A DNA stretch of 52,267 nucleotides, taken from NCBI GenBank assembly GCA_051294375.1, contig JBJCIZ010001669.1:1-52267 (forward strand). Direction: 5' to 3'. Of the stretch, positions 9,856-22,035 are shown piece by piece. The translations under genes were made by a program, and so were the position numbers. A model generated the notes under the pieces. That model was not told the origin of the DNA and did not search any database. It saw nothing but the letters and a program-made list of their open reading frames with translations. Within the stretch, counting starts at the first letter, position 1, and each line of letters begins with the position of its first letter. This DNA comes from Paraspadella gotoi (lineage: Eukaryota; Animalia; Chaetognatha).

Positions 9856-12800
9856 AAAAATCTATCAGTTGATCACGTGACGTGATCGCATTCCGCCACC
9901 TTTTGCCTCACCCCTCCTCTCTCTCTCTCCCTCCGTCACTGTCTTTCTCTCTCGTTCGGAATCAACGATCTCTTCTCTCTCTCTCTCTCTCTCCCCTCCC
10001 TCTCTCTCTTGAAATTCTTTTTTTAACTTTCCTTAACTTAATGTTTTTTTTAAGCTTCTATTAAACTTGTTTCTAAACCCTCTTTTTTTAACTTTCTTTT
10101 ACTTGTTTTTAAACCTATCTCTTCCCTTTTTGATTCATTTATGTTCAATTTAATATTACTTTGCAAAGATGCTTAAAATTTACTTTCTAATTCGTCCTCC
10201 CCTCCTTTTCATTCCTCTTCTCTCTCTTCTCCTCTCTTCCTCCATAAACGGCGTCCTCGATCCTTCGGCCTCTCCTATTCTCAGTTTGTTTCTCTCTCTC
10301 TTCTCTTCTCTCTCTCTTAGATGAAATTTAAAAAAAAAAAAAAAAAACTTTTTTAGCTAACGTAATGCTTCACACACAGGTTGCGGATTGTATGTATTAG
10401 TATTAAATAATATTATTATATTAGTTCTGCCGACAATAACAATAATAAATTTGAGTCCATTCCTAAAGGTTAAAATTCAAGGAAATTTCCTGATTGCCTG
10501 TGTTACACCAGAATAAAAAAAAAATTTTATTGCAGCTTTCCTGATGAAGAAAAAAAAGTACTAGTTAAACTATCTAATAGGAAAAATTATCTCTTATCTC
10601 TTTTCTCATTCTTATCCTGTCTTTTGTCCCTTTTTTTTCTAACCATATTTATCTCTATTTCTCTCCAATAAGGAAGAACCACCTGACCCGCGGCCTGCGC
10701 CGTATTCAAGCCCCTTACAGCGCCCTTAAAGTCCCACCGTGGTGCAGTGTACCCGTGATGACCACTCGCTGAAAATACATTTCCGCGCCTCTGGAACGCC
10801 GGAATGAAGCTAAGCGGCTCGGATCTGCCCTACGGACCCCACCCTTAATCCTGACCCTTTAATCCCAATGTGCGCGGGCTTTCCAGGCCATGGCCCCTGG
10901 TACGGTACCAACCAGAACCCTCGCGCCGCCGCGCCCAGGCAGCTGCCAAACCATTTCCTCCCGCCTTCTTTCTTTATCCCAGCTTTCCGGTGTGTTGTCC
11001 GCCGTGCCAAAGGTGCTTTGTTCGCCACCCCAAAGGTGCTTTGTTCGCCAATTCAATTATAGACAACAACCCCCCCCAAGATCCTAAGGACAGGATTGAA
11101 AATTTCTTCTTATTTTTTTATTGTTCTTTCTATCTTAAATTTTCTTCACCTCCCATCTCCACAATCCATCTCCAATCCCATTCTCAATCCCTCCCAATCC
11201 ACCAACCCCAAGCATGCGCTACAGCCTAAACAGGCTTTTTTTTTCTCAGGTGGTTCACGTGACAAAAGGCTAATTTTTTATCATCCCCTATTTCTCTTTT
11301 TTTATCCTTCCCTTCTTCTTTCCTTTGCTCTTCCTTCCCTGCTTTCATATTTTCTTCTCTGCAGGAAACCAGGTACCGGAAAAACCGACTCAGCATTCAT
11401 TACTCCTTCACAGGCAGAACATCATCAATCATAAAATTGACTCAGACTAATACTCTTCATTTCCCGCTTCCTTTGTCTCTCAGTTTCTCTCTAACAATTT
11501 TTTTTCAGGAGCCAGGTTCTATGGATCGCCAATCTACTTGTGAGCTTTACAGCTTACCTTTACAGTAGTAGCTCATTAGAAAAATAACCCAAAACCTCCT
11601 AACCCCTTTTTTTTTACTATAAACACCTTTTTTTTACTTTTTCGTTCACGCTTTCCGTAAACTCTCCTCCTCTTTCATGAACATTGTTTAAACCACTTAT
11701 TATAAAGAGGAAATAAATAAATTTATTTAACGTAATAGAATGAAATAAAACAAATATAAACAATATAAACAAAAACGAAATAAAATAAATACACAAACTT
11801 GATAAAATAAATGAAACAAAACAAAATAAAATAACATATAAAATTTGAAAATACAAAAATGCGAAAATATAAAAATAAAAAAAAAATATCAAAATACCAA
11901 ATGCAAAAATACCAAAATGCAAAATAGCAAAATATCAAAATATCAAATATACAAAATACAATACCAATACCAAATACAAAATATCACAAAATATTAAATA
12001 CCAAAATATCAAAATACAAAAAATTAAAATAAACAATAAAAACTGAATTAACAAACAAAACAATGAAATGAGACAAAAATAAACCAAAATAAAATAATTA
12101 AATATAAAATCGAAACATAATAAAAAAAACTAACAATAAAATAAGCAAAATTTAAATAAAATAAACAATATTAAATATAACAATAAAATTAAAACTCAAG
12201 GGCCGGGCCGAAATAAACCAAAAAAATATATAAATAAAAAAAATAATAATAATATAAACAAAATATTATAGAATAAAATGATTATGTTAAACAAAATCAA
12301 TAAAATTAAACAAAGTAAAATAAAACAAATATGCAAAACAAACAGAATAAAACAATACAGTATGAACAATATAAACAGAATAAACAAGATAAACAAAATA
12401 CCAAAAACAAACAAAAACAAACAAAAACACCAGTTTTGTATTCTATTCTTTCTCTAACACAAAAATCTTCTTACCTATTTGCAACGCCCAAGATATACAC
12501 TTTAATCAATGTCACCCTTATCTTCCAATTAGGCCCAAGTCTTCCATTACCAGTCAATGTAGGATTCGTGGTGACCGGCAGAGAGGGCGACTGCAGTCAT
12601 GGCGACGGCGACGGTGTCTGCGGCATTGGAACGCAACGCGAGGAAGGCAGCAAGAAGAAAACCCCACTGAGAAAACTCCGACGACCCTACCCCTATTGGC
12701 CCCCCTCTTCATGACGACAACCCCATCATCTTACCCCCTATCACGGGCGCGCCTCCAAACTGCGACGCCCAGCTTTTCTTATAGAAGACAATCCGCTACG

Positions 12801-13909
12801 ACTCTTCAAGGAATCAAAGCGTCTTCAAACCATCTCAATATGGCCTCGACCCCCTTCAGAACTAATCGCCCATTTCCCCCACCATCGTTGCTCTTGCTCC
12901 ATTTCAGTTGTTTCCAAATCCTAATTACCATCGCATTCAGCGTTTGAAAAGTATTGTCATCTAAGCCTTTTGTCGTCTATTATCCTCATTGACTGTAATT
13001 GTAATTCAGACCTCAATTTTCCGTAATGTTGACTTTTATTCATTTACTATTTTGCTTACCATCTAACAAACCGTAGCAATTCATGTTTAACTCTTTAAAC
13101 TTGCCTACCATCTCATGAATTCTATTAATTAAAATTTTATTCCCTATTCCCTATTCTATTTCCTTTTGTTTACCATTTAATGAAATTTACCAGTTGAATT
13201 TCTATTCAATTAATGTGACCCTTTTGTTTTTTGGTTAATGAACTTTAGCGGCTTAATTTTAATCCATTTGTATTTTGTTCCGTTGGTTCTGTATCCTCAC
13301 CTAATAACCAAAAAAAAAAAAATCAACAAAACAAAGAAAAAGAAAGTAAAATAAAAAGATAAAAAAAAAATTAATAAAAAAAAATAAACAAATAAACAAA
13401 AAACTATAAAAAACCTTTGTTGAAACAAAAAAAAGCTAAAATACGAAAAAAAAACAAAAAACGTATTTCATAAGTTAGAAAAAAAAGTCTCACAATTTTA
13501 ACTCCCCCATTCCCATTCAATTGTACTGTGTAGCGCCGTATGTATGTGTTGTGGATCTATGTAATAGTATGGCATCTTCAGTTTTGAATTGTAATCCCCA
13601 CTAACCCGCTCCCCGCCCCCGACTAAGAGTGCAGCGACTTGACCCAGTGTCAACCAACTGCGCGGTCGACATTGAAAATTTCTCCAAAGACGATTCCCCT
13701 CTCCAACTACTCCGGACTCCCGAAACTTCCTTCTGTCCCATAAACTCTTTATAGAACTGCCTTCTCCACTACTAAACTTCACTGAACCAGCGACCCCCCC
13801 CTCCGAACTCTTTTGGACTCCCGAATCCCGCATGAGACATCAGCGCCCCCAAAAATCTCTCTCTGACGGCAATTTCACCAAGCCAGCAGAAGACGACGCC
13901 CACCCACGC
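9750..13909 (+). mobile_element. Large repeat copy 2 (putative giant LTR, last ~320 bp missing)
   Basis: Longest clean copy. It includes the CT-rich upstream part that is also seen reversed at 33923-34816, and it stops at ...GACGCCCACCCACGC, where the 13910 element begins. Confidence 0.8.
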
Positions 13910-15499
13910 TGTGAAATATCTTCTTGTATTTCACGCTCGCGACGTCAAGCGTTCGAGGCGTCGTCCGTCTCTTGTGAGTTTAACGTAGGCTTTTTATGAA
14001 TCTTTTCTGAATCATGAGGAAATTGAATGAATACAAAGTGGCGATGAAGGTTTAGAAACTTTTATTTGTATTTACGTGCATAAAAATCCCGTGAAACTTA
14101 AGTTGAGGACGGGCGATGCTACTTTTAGAAAGTCAGAAAAACGAACTAAAGATTTCTCTTGAGTCTCGCAAATTTTGAATAAAGATCAACAAATAACCAG
14201 AAAACAATTTGGCCGAACGCGTGAGGACAATTAAGTACGGTCAAAAAATAAGATTTTGGCCGAGAGACGAAAGGAGTTACTGAGGCGAGCCATAATAGTT
14301 TACACTCCCCCCGTTAAAACGTAGTTTTGACTCAAATACGAAATGATTATGGCGAGCAAATTACTTTTAAAAAGGATCATATTAAAAAATTCCAAACAAC
14401 AAATTCAACCTTTATCTAAATTAAATAAATTCAATGGAAGGAAGAAACAAAGTTACGTAGGCACAATTGATGGCATAGTTTTCATTGTAAAAATATTTTC
14501 AGAATCCACAATAGAATCATTAAAGATGGATTGATGGTCTTTAGTTTTAACTTTGCTGCAGAGGTCTACACATTCGTTTTTTGTTGTTAACCTGGTTCCC
14601 GGGGATGATGTGTCGTGTAGTGTTGAGTTGTGGCGGCCGTCACAAACCACGCAGCGACGCCGTGATTGGCACTGACTTGCAATGTGGCCCGGGGAAAGGC
14701 AACGATAACACAATCGCCTTTTAAATACGATGATCTTTTTTTTCTCGGCGGGTAAATTGCGAAAGCGAATGCAGGAAACCAAACAATGGTCATCGCCGCA
14801 AAAAGGGCACCCCACCAATTTTGGAGGCATTGAAACATCAAATGACGCAAACCGTGCAAACCTCCTTCGCGGAGATTTTCGGTTAAGAGTTGACGCGGGA
14901 GAAGGAGATATTGCTCGTCCGTCTTCGGCTTCTATGGACGATTCAGAGATGGGTTGCACCGGAAGGTCGGACGAAGCAGCGGGGAGAGAGGGAGACAAAT
15001 CAGCGCAATCTCGCTGTTTATCAAGTTCCTCTTTAGTTTGAGACAATTCCTCCTTCAACTGCAGAACTTCTTTCTCTTTGGAACGTAATGATTCGTTCAA
15101 CATAGAGAAGGTGATTTCCTCAAAGTTTTTAAGTTTTTGTTCAATTTTTTCAAGTCGAGATTCGAGCATCTTAGAAAATTCATTTGCGATTACTGATGGC
15201 AGAAGATCAACATCGTTTCCAAGATTGACGCATTCTTCGATTATCTTCTGTTGGAACAATCGGTCAGGAAGTGGGTACGTTCGCCATTCTGTTCTTCCGA
15301 TTCCATAGAAACTCGAATTGAATTTCAGAGGCGTGATTGATGGATTAATTTTCGAAGCCATTAAGAATTAAGTTTTTTGAATTTTTTTTTTTTTTTCTTT
15401 GAACGCTGAACTCCACGTAGCGGTTATTAAGTTTCACTAGGGACGGACGACGCCTCGAACGCTTGACGTCGCGAGCGTGAAATACAAGAAGATATTACA
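13910..15499 (-). mobile_element. ~1.6-kb unit with 60-bp terminal inverted repeats (TGT...ACA) enclosing a BEL/Pao gag-like ORF
   Basis: 13910-13969 (TGTGAAATATCTTCTTGTATTTCACGCTCGCGACGTCAAGCGTTCGAGGCGTCGTCCGTC) is the reverse complement of 15442-15499 apart from a 2-nt indel. An internal GGGGGGAG-TGT (PPT/LTR-start-like) lies on - at 14312-14302. No target-site duplication is visible. Confidence 0.7.
14453..15361 (-). CDS. gag: BEL/Pao-type Gag-like protein (coiled coil plus triple zinc knuckle), 302 aa
   Basis: CPFCGDDHCLVSC...CYRCLSPGHIASQC...CVVCDGRHNSTLH is the three-knuckle signature of BEL/Pao Gag. An N-terminal coiled coil (LESRLEKIEQKLKNFEE...LKEELSQTKEEL) is also present. No pol follows. 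Confidence 0.85.
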   Translation of the reverse strand: MASKINPSITPLKFNSSFYGIGRTEWRTYPLPDRLFQQKIIEECVNLGNDVDLLPSVIANEFSKMLESRLEKIEQKLKNFEEITFSMLNESLRSKEKEVLQLKEELSQTKEELDKQRDCADLSPSLPAASSDLPVQPISESSIEAEDGRAISPSPASTLNRKSPRRRFARFASFDVSMPPKLVGCPFCGDDHCLVSCIRFRNLPAEKKKIIVFKRRLCYRCLSPGHIASQCQSRRRCVVCDGRHNSTLHDTSSPGTRLTTKNECVDLCSKVKTKDHQSIFNDSIVDSENIFTMKTMPSIVPT

Positions 15500-15679
15500 G
15501 GTCGAGGGTAAGGTCAATGTAGGGTCGTTAGAGGAAAGTTGACAGATTTTTGGAAACTAATCAAAGATATTTCACACCCCCACCTCAACTAAACTTACTT
15601 GAAATTTAATTATATAAAGTTGAACAAAAATTTGTTAATGTCTGATAAAAATTTGTTTTGTTAAACGCCGATTACAACT

Positions 15680-15943
15680 GACTAGAATTTGCATACCTGC
15701 TATTGTTGGTGACAAAAGCGCAATGTCGTCAGCATAAAAAATGCTTGCTAAAAATAAGTTTCCTATATGACACCCAAAACCAGAATATTTTAATATTGTT
15801 ATTAAGTCATTTACATACAAAGCCCAGAAATAAGGGCTTAAGACACCACCCTGCTGTACACCTGACGACACTATGAAAGTATCACTGATATTTCCTTTCC
15901 AGTGACTCCTACTAGTTAGGTTACTATACCAGTAAACAATTAA
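15680..15943 (-). pseudogene. Non-LTR (LINE) reverse transcriptase fragment
   Basis: SGVQQGGVLSPYFWALYVNDL...FYADDIALLS contains the QG..LSP and YADD motifs of LINE RT. The ORF track fuses it to the Gypsy protease across an N gap. Confidence 0.9.
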
Positions 15944-15968
15944 NNNNNNNNNNNNNNNNNNNNNNNNN

Positions 15969-16125
15969 ATGAAGTTGAGGCGCGGAGCCACCGCGGAGCT
16001 TTTCTGATGGCAAAGCGCCATCAAAGAGACGCTTGCACCACCGTCCACAAGCCATGTCAAGTTGTTGTTGTTGTCGTACACGTGCAGTAAGGGTTCTGTA
16101 CTACCAGCAGCGGCGTTTACTGCCT
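15969..16125 (-). pseudogene. pol: Gypsy aspartic protease N-terminus
   Basis: LLHVYDNNNNLTWLVDGGASVSLM matches the L.D(T/S)GA..S retropepsin motif, here with DGG. It lies in a shifted frame directly after gag. Confidence 0.75.
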
Positions 16126-17597
16126 CCGGCTGCTGGCTCGGCCGTTTCCCCGCTTGCATCCTGGGTAGCATTTGATTGCTCGATCTCCAAATGTCCGATG
16201 ATAGAAACAAAGTCCATTGACTAAATCAGGAGAGGAGTTGAAAGAGTTTGAAACTGGTCGGCGAGTGAAGGTAGTGCTGTTGCTGTTGTTGGGGAAAACG
16301 GCGCTGCTGTGTTGTCGCTGGTCTTCGGTAGCCAGGTCGGACCTGTGTCCTGGGGCGTAGTTGGCCACGTCCGGAAGTCGCGGCACACACGCTGGCGTAC
16401 GTGCGTGGAGGCACATCCTCTGTGGTGGATGCGTCATCCGCCAAGTCGGGCGCATACTCATCGCACTCTGAGTCAGAAAGGTCGTCCTCAAAGATGCCCC
16501 ATCGATTGGAGGTGTCGACATGACTGACGACTTTTCCAATGGGTTTTGAGGTGATCTGAAGATCACCTTGGCAGAGTAAAATGCGTCCGCCTTCTTGGCG
16601 ATCGCTTCCGGCGTCTCGTCCCCATCGCTGACTACCCTTCCGGCCACATGGGCTGGGAGGACTCGGCAGGATCGCGTTGAGGAGATGGTCGATCGTCAGG
16701 GATTCGACCTCAGCGCGCAGTGCGGCCACGAACTGCGAAGGAGTGCGTCCTGCGAGGGAGTGATGACCCAGGAGCTTCTGCGCCTTCTGCCGGGGCTTCT
16801 CAGCGAACAGCTCAGACAGGTGCTTTTTCAAGGCCTGATACCCGCCTGAGACAGGATGGTCATTGGTGTAAAAACCCCTGACCAACACCTGATGCTCCTG
16901 CGGGACCGCGCCAAGAAGGTGCATCTTTTTGTGCTGCTCATCCACAACTGCAGCGAGGCGGAAAACTCCCCCTCGACTGCAGCGAGCCAGGCTCGGATGT
17001 TGCCGACATCAAAAGGCGGCAACTTGGGCGTCTTGGAACGGTTGGTGCCTGACGTCTGGTAATCCCATGGGTGTGGTGGAGGAGGCTCCTACCACATCGG
17101 CGTTGTCCGGGTGCTGCTGACCTGCAAACTGGCACAATCTTTGGTTGAGGTCGCCTGTGGACCTGGGTGGCATCGCCGTTGGCGCCTGCTGAGCTGCTAG
17201 CAGGCGCTGGATCTGTGATGTAAGGTGCTGTATTGAAGAACCTTACGCTCTCATTGAAGCTTTCTTGTTTCGCCTCCAATCCTATAATCCTGTTGTTGAA
17301 CGTCGTTATCAGCCCGTTTGATGTTCCTGGTACGGTCCTGAATGAGCCGACATTGGAACAGGGGGGCGTGATGACGCTCTTGACTTTGGTCTGATCGCCT
17401 CGTGGTGTCTTGAATGCGTCATCCTGATCCGGCGATGGTGGAAGCGATGTGGTTGGGGTGGCGACGTCGATGGTGATGGTGGGTGGAGAGATGACGTCCT
17501 CCATGCGGCGTCGCTTGAGATTGTCGGCTGAGGGTGATGTGGAGGCGCGGCGAGCTCCTCGTCCCTGAGGGGCCTCCAGGTCCAAGAGATGATCCAT
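16117..17597 (-). pseudogene. gag: Gypsy gag, split by frameshifts over four ORFs
   Basis: Recognisable blocks are PKLPPFDVGNIRAWLAAVEGEF, YQALKKHL...QKLL...LAGRTPSQF, IAKKADAF and the terminal knuckle LCFYHRTFGDRAIKCYPGC, all typical of animal Gypsy Gag. Confidence 0.8.
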
Positions 17598-18303
17598 TGT
17601 GATTTGGAGAGAGTGCTAGCTGTAAATTATTAAAAAAAATTCTAGATCTGCGCCGAACAGATAAGCCAAAAATTTTTCTATCTTTTTAATCGAGGGAAAA
17701 ATCCGAAAGAAAAATTTTTGCGTAATCGTTTTAAAAAAATAGAGCTAGCAAAATTTTCTGATAAAACTTTTCTTTAAACGGCGCGGTAAAATGAAAAACG
17801 CGCTGGCGAGACGGTCGTTCACAATACCGTAGGTTAATATTTAAAGAAAAATTTATTTAAACTTAGAGCTAAATATAAGATTTTTCAAAAATGGGATAAA
17901 AATTGATTAGGGTTAGTATTGTATTTCAAAATTTCAAAATTAAGCAAAAGGGAAATCGTTGATAACGCCTAATAAAAAAGAATTAAACTTGAGCTTTGAT
18001 GAGGTAATCCAGGTGGACGAGACGAAATGTTGGACGAAATGTGGGATGCGCGCGACTGAGAAAAAATAGAAATTGCGAAAATCGTTTAATTTTTGAAGTT
18101 GAAAATACTTTGAAGAAAAATGCGCCAAAAAAAAGGAATATAAACTGATCGCGAAATAGGCCGTGAAACTGAGCGGGATTTTTATCGCTAATTAAACCGC
18201 CAATTTACGATTGATAAATAAAATAATCGATCAATCACTAGATCAATCAAATCATAAATCAATCAATCAGTTATAATGTAGTTCAGAAGGTTACTTATCT
18301 TTT

Positions 18304-18317
18304 AGTCGGGATCACCA
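18304..18317 (-). promoter_or_regulatory. Primer-binding site, tRNA-Trp-like
   Basis: TGGTGATCCCGACT lies 1 nt after the LTR end ...TCTACA. It matches 12 of the first 13 nt of the Trp PBS TGGTGACCCCGAC. Confidence 0.75.
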
Positions 18318-18318
18318 A

Positions 18319-18599
18319 TGTAGAAGACGAAAATAGTAATAATAAAAGTGAGAAGAAGGTGAAGAATTGTGACGATGTAAGAGAAGTAGAAAAGAAGTGA
18401 GTCTAGCTCTCTCCTGATCCACTTTTATCATCGCCCGGACCAACTTGACCTTACGGTCGCCTTGGCCCTATTACTGTGTCCGGTCAATCTAAGGTCATTG
18501 CCAAAGCTAGGGCAAAGTGACCGTGTGGAATAGACCGGCTCGAAGAAAGAGGAGAGAGGAAGGGTTTAGGGAAGAGACCGGAGGTAAGTCGCCTCAACA
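18319..18599 (-). repeat. 5' LTR (~281 bp) of the Gypsy element
   Basis: Reads TGTTGAGGCG...TTCTACA on -. The PBS lies on one side and an abrupt switch to LINE coding sequence on the other. The partner LTR is not seen. Confidence 0.7.
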
Positions 18600-19138
18600 C
18601 TTTGGCGTGATTGTGGAAGACCCAATAAAGGTCCTATTTTTAACGCAAAAGTAAGAGCTAATACAGCCTATAAACGTTTTATTAAAAATGCTAAAAGATT
18701 GAATTCTCAATCTTGATTCTCAAAAGTTGCATGATTTTACATAACAAAGACTGTATTAGTTTTTGGAAAACTTGGAGTCATATCCAAGGGAAAAACACAA
18801 ATGTGAATGTGATGGATGGGTATTTTAACAACCATGAAATTGCTAATCATTTTTCACAAAATTACAAATTAGTCTATGATGATTTTAATGCAAACAGCAA
18901 TTCTCGTCTTAAGTCTGAATTTTCAGAAAAATATAAAAATTATTGTGAATCATTATCTCAACAATCGATTAGACCTTATCTAATATCTTGGGATGAATTT
19001 TTATCAGCTTTCTACAAAATTAAAGCAGGAAAATTGTCTGCAACATTTGTAACTCCAGAACATTTGATTTTTGCGAGCCCCAAACTGTTGACTCATTTGC
19101 ATATGTTACTGAACAGTTTAATTCAACATTCGTATGTA
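18600..19138 (+). pseudogene. LINE ORF2 fragment (endonuclease-RT tether)
   Basis: LWRDCGRPNKGPIFNAKVRANTAYKRFIKNAKR / LHNKDCISFWKTW...IANHF...IKAGK...EHL...LHMLLNSLIQHSYV is the typical pre-RT region of APE-type LINEs. Confidence 0.75.
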
Positions 19139-19816
19139 TGTACTGACAAATATGTATGTATAATTTATGTATAAATTATTTTAATACTCATGGCTCGGCG
19201 TTTTTGCAACCATTTATGAAGATTTGCAGCAATGGGTTTTGATAAGTCAATCATTCAATGGTCTTTTTTACAAAACTCATAGATAGATCTGTACCACTCT
19301 GTTTTATAAAATGACCTTATCAAAACCCTTGCTGCAATCCATAAATGTTGCAAAAACGCCCGAGCCATGAGTATTAAAATAATTTATACATAAATTATAC
19401 ATACATATTTGTCAGTACATACATACGAATGTTGAATTAAACTGTTCAGTAACATATGCAAATGAGTCAACAGTTTGGGGCTCGCAAAAATCAAATGTTC
19501 TGGAGTTACAAATGTTGCAGACAATTTTCCTGCTTTAATTTTGTAGAAAGCTGATAAAAATTCATCCCAAGATATTAGATAAGGTCTAATCGATTGTTGA
19601 GATAATGATTCACAATAATTTTTATCATATTTTCTGAAAATTCAGACTTAAGACGAGAATTGCTGTTTGCATTAAAATCATCATAGACTAATTTGTAATT
19701 TTGTGAAAAATGATTAGCAATTTCATGGTTGTTAAAATACCCATCCATCACATTCACATTTGTGTTTTTCCCTTGGATATGACTCCAAGTTTTCCAAAAA
19801 CTAATACAGTCTTTGT
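18744..19816. repeat. Fold-back inverted repeat (~0.5-kb arms, centre ~19285)
   Basis: 19300-19816 is the reverse complement of 18744-19270. The arms are near-identical distally and noisy near the turn, which suggests an amplification or read chimera. Confidence 0.9.
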
Positions 19817-19944
19817 NNNNNNNNNNNNNNNNNNNNNNNNNNNNNNNNNNNNNNNNNNNNNNNNNNNNNNNNNNNNNNNNNNNNNNNNNNNNNNNNNNNN
19901 NNNNNNNNNNNNNNNNGCATAGAATCATAATAATGTGCCTCGTC

Positions 19945-19989
19945 TACTTGGTATCGAATTCTTTTCACTAAAAATTCCGTCCTCCACTG
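19945..19989 (-). mobile_element. Third copy of the CAGTGGAGGACGG... terminus (45 bp)
   Basis: TACTTGGTATCGAATTCTTTTCACTAAAAATTCCGTCCTCCACTG matches 2664-2707 and then diverges internally. Confidence 0.75.
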
Positions 19990-20241
19990 AACCCAAAAAC
20001 CCTTTTTGACGCTGTTGAAGATGACGGCCCCCACTCCGCCGCACATGTTCGCCACGCCCTTGCTGGAATTATTAAAAAAATTTGTTTAGTTATAAGTAAC
20101 AAATTAGGTTGTCATCTGAAATTTTCCATAATAGTTACCGCCGTCGAACGTCAAGTGCTCGAGGCACTCCTCAAAGTTGGTGGGGAGGGCCAAGCTTGCC
20201 CCCGCAGCCCCCACAGCCAAACTTACAATTTCTCGTAGCAT
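19990..20241 (-). CDS. 5' part of a small spliced gene for a possibly secreted protein, truncated by the transposon end
   Basis: Exon 20241-20139 reads MLREIVSLAVGAAGASLALPTNFEECLEHLTFDG, with a signal-peptide-like start. It is followed by a GTAACT donor, a ...TTCCAG acceptor at 20063 and a second GC-rich exon. Confidence 0.4.
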
Positions 20242-20514
20242 TTTATTATAATGGACAAAACCTGCGAACATAAGGCGAGGGTTTTAAAGTTACGAGATAA
20301 AAAAACAAAATAGAATTATTAAAGCGTGAATAAATCGTGGATTAGCATAATTTTTTATCTCGATTCATTATCATATTTTTTACGATAGCCTAGAAATGGA
20401 TATCATGGATCCCACCAATCTAATTGAATTAAAAGAAGCGCTCAGGCAAATTTTACCCATGTTGTTGCAAAGTGAAAATGAAAGACTCAGAGAGGTATTT
20501 TCTGCATCTATAAT

Positions 20515-22035
20515 AGGACTAAGATCTGACGAAAAAAGCCAGAGCGTTTTTTAATGTATTCTTATACTGCGCCAATGCTTAGAATGATGGTAATATTGCT
20601 CTTGTTAATTTTCAAAAAATCCGACCATAAATATAGAAAATATTAACCAAAATCTTTCAGAAAATCCACCCCTCTTTGGAAGATTTTTGCCATTAGAAGA
20701 TTTTTGCCCGAATCTGACTCCCGGTTGAAAACTCTTAGAATTCCGATCATAGCTTCTCTTTAACTTTTAAAATAAAAAAAAAATCTCACCAAAATGCACT
20801 AATTCACTTTACCATGATCGTATCATATGTAAAAAAACCAAATAAAAATGTAAAGAAAAATTTGAGAGCCCTTCAGCACATTCATGCGCTATTGCGATTC
20901 CTGAATATTTGCAAGTTATTTGTTAATATCAAAACAATACCTTAAATGCGTTTACATTGATATTGAAGTCTAGAAATCCCTTATTTTATTTATAAAAATC
21001 ACACATCAAGAATATTTTTCCGGTTGACCAGTCCATTTGTGAATCTGATGGTGTTTGATGCCCAAATGATTAGGAGTCTACGTCGTTAATTAGAAATCGA
21101 GGAAGACTTTTTCAATGCAGATTATTTGTTAAAATGACTCCAAACACTGTAAACGCCCCTGGGAAAAAATTCAGCGCCCTAAAAGAATAGACGTCAAAAA
21201 CACTAATTTAGATGCCTGTTGCATCTCAAGAGCCTCGCCATTTTTTTACGCTCTTTGACAAATAACCATCAGTTTAGGCATCAAGACCATCAGATTAAAA
21301 TGGAGCTGTGTCAACTCGGAAAAAATATTTTTGACCTGTAATTCTTATATATAAAATAAAAGGGATTTCTAACTTCATACAATTGTAAACGCATTAAGCC
21401 GTATGTTGTAATATTACAATAAACTTCAAATTCAGGAGATCCAATAGCCATATGTCTGCAAGGGCCCTCTCAAATTTTTTTTGACATTTTATTTTGGTTA
21501 TATTTAATATGATATCACTCCGATGCGGCTAAAGTAATTAGTCCGATTTTGGTTGAAATTTTTATTTAAAGTAAAAGTAAAAAGTAAAAGCTATGATTGG
21601 AATTCTAAAGAGCTTTTCAACCGGAGTCAGATTCTGGAGAAAAATCTTTCTTATGGCAAAAATCTTCCAAAGAAGGGGGAGTTTCCGAAGATTTTGGTTA
21701 ATATTTTCCTATATTTATGGTCAAATTTTTTTTGAAACTTAACAATAGCAATATTGCCATCATTCTACAATCTACATTGGCCAGTATAAGAATACATTAA
21801 AAAAACCTCTGGCTTTTTTCGTCAGTCTCTAGTCCTTAAAATGGTTTTTTGTCAGGAGCGCAAAGAAATGTGAGCTCTTGAGATGCCAACAGGATCTAAA
21901 TGCGTGTTTTACGTCTATTTTTACCTGAATTTCCAGGGGCGTTACATTGTTTCGGTAGTCAGATTTAATAAAAATCCATTGAAAAAAGTCTTCCTCGATT
22001 TCTAATAACGACGGATCCTAAACGCTAGACTCCTA
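20515..22035. repeat. Noisy nested inverted duplication
   Basis: About 20515-21055 is reversed at about 21280-21838, and the spacer at about 21075-21235 is reversed at about 21870-22035. The differences are indel-rich. Confidence 0.8.

Larger units (their letters stand above)
15969..18599 (-). mobile_element. Ty3/Gypsy LTR retrotransposon, 5' half (LTR-PBS-gag-protease)
   Basis: The - strand carries an LTR, a PBS, gag and an aspartic protease in the expected order. The element runs into an N gap. Confidence 0.85.

Noticed and set aside
15635-16210. Protease-LINE RT fusion protein
   Set aside because: The ORF is joined through an N gap and combines a Gypsy protease with an unrelated LINE RT fragment.
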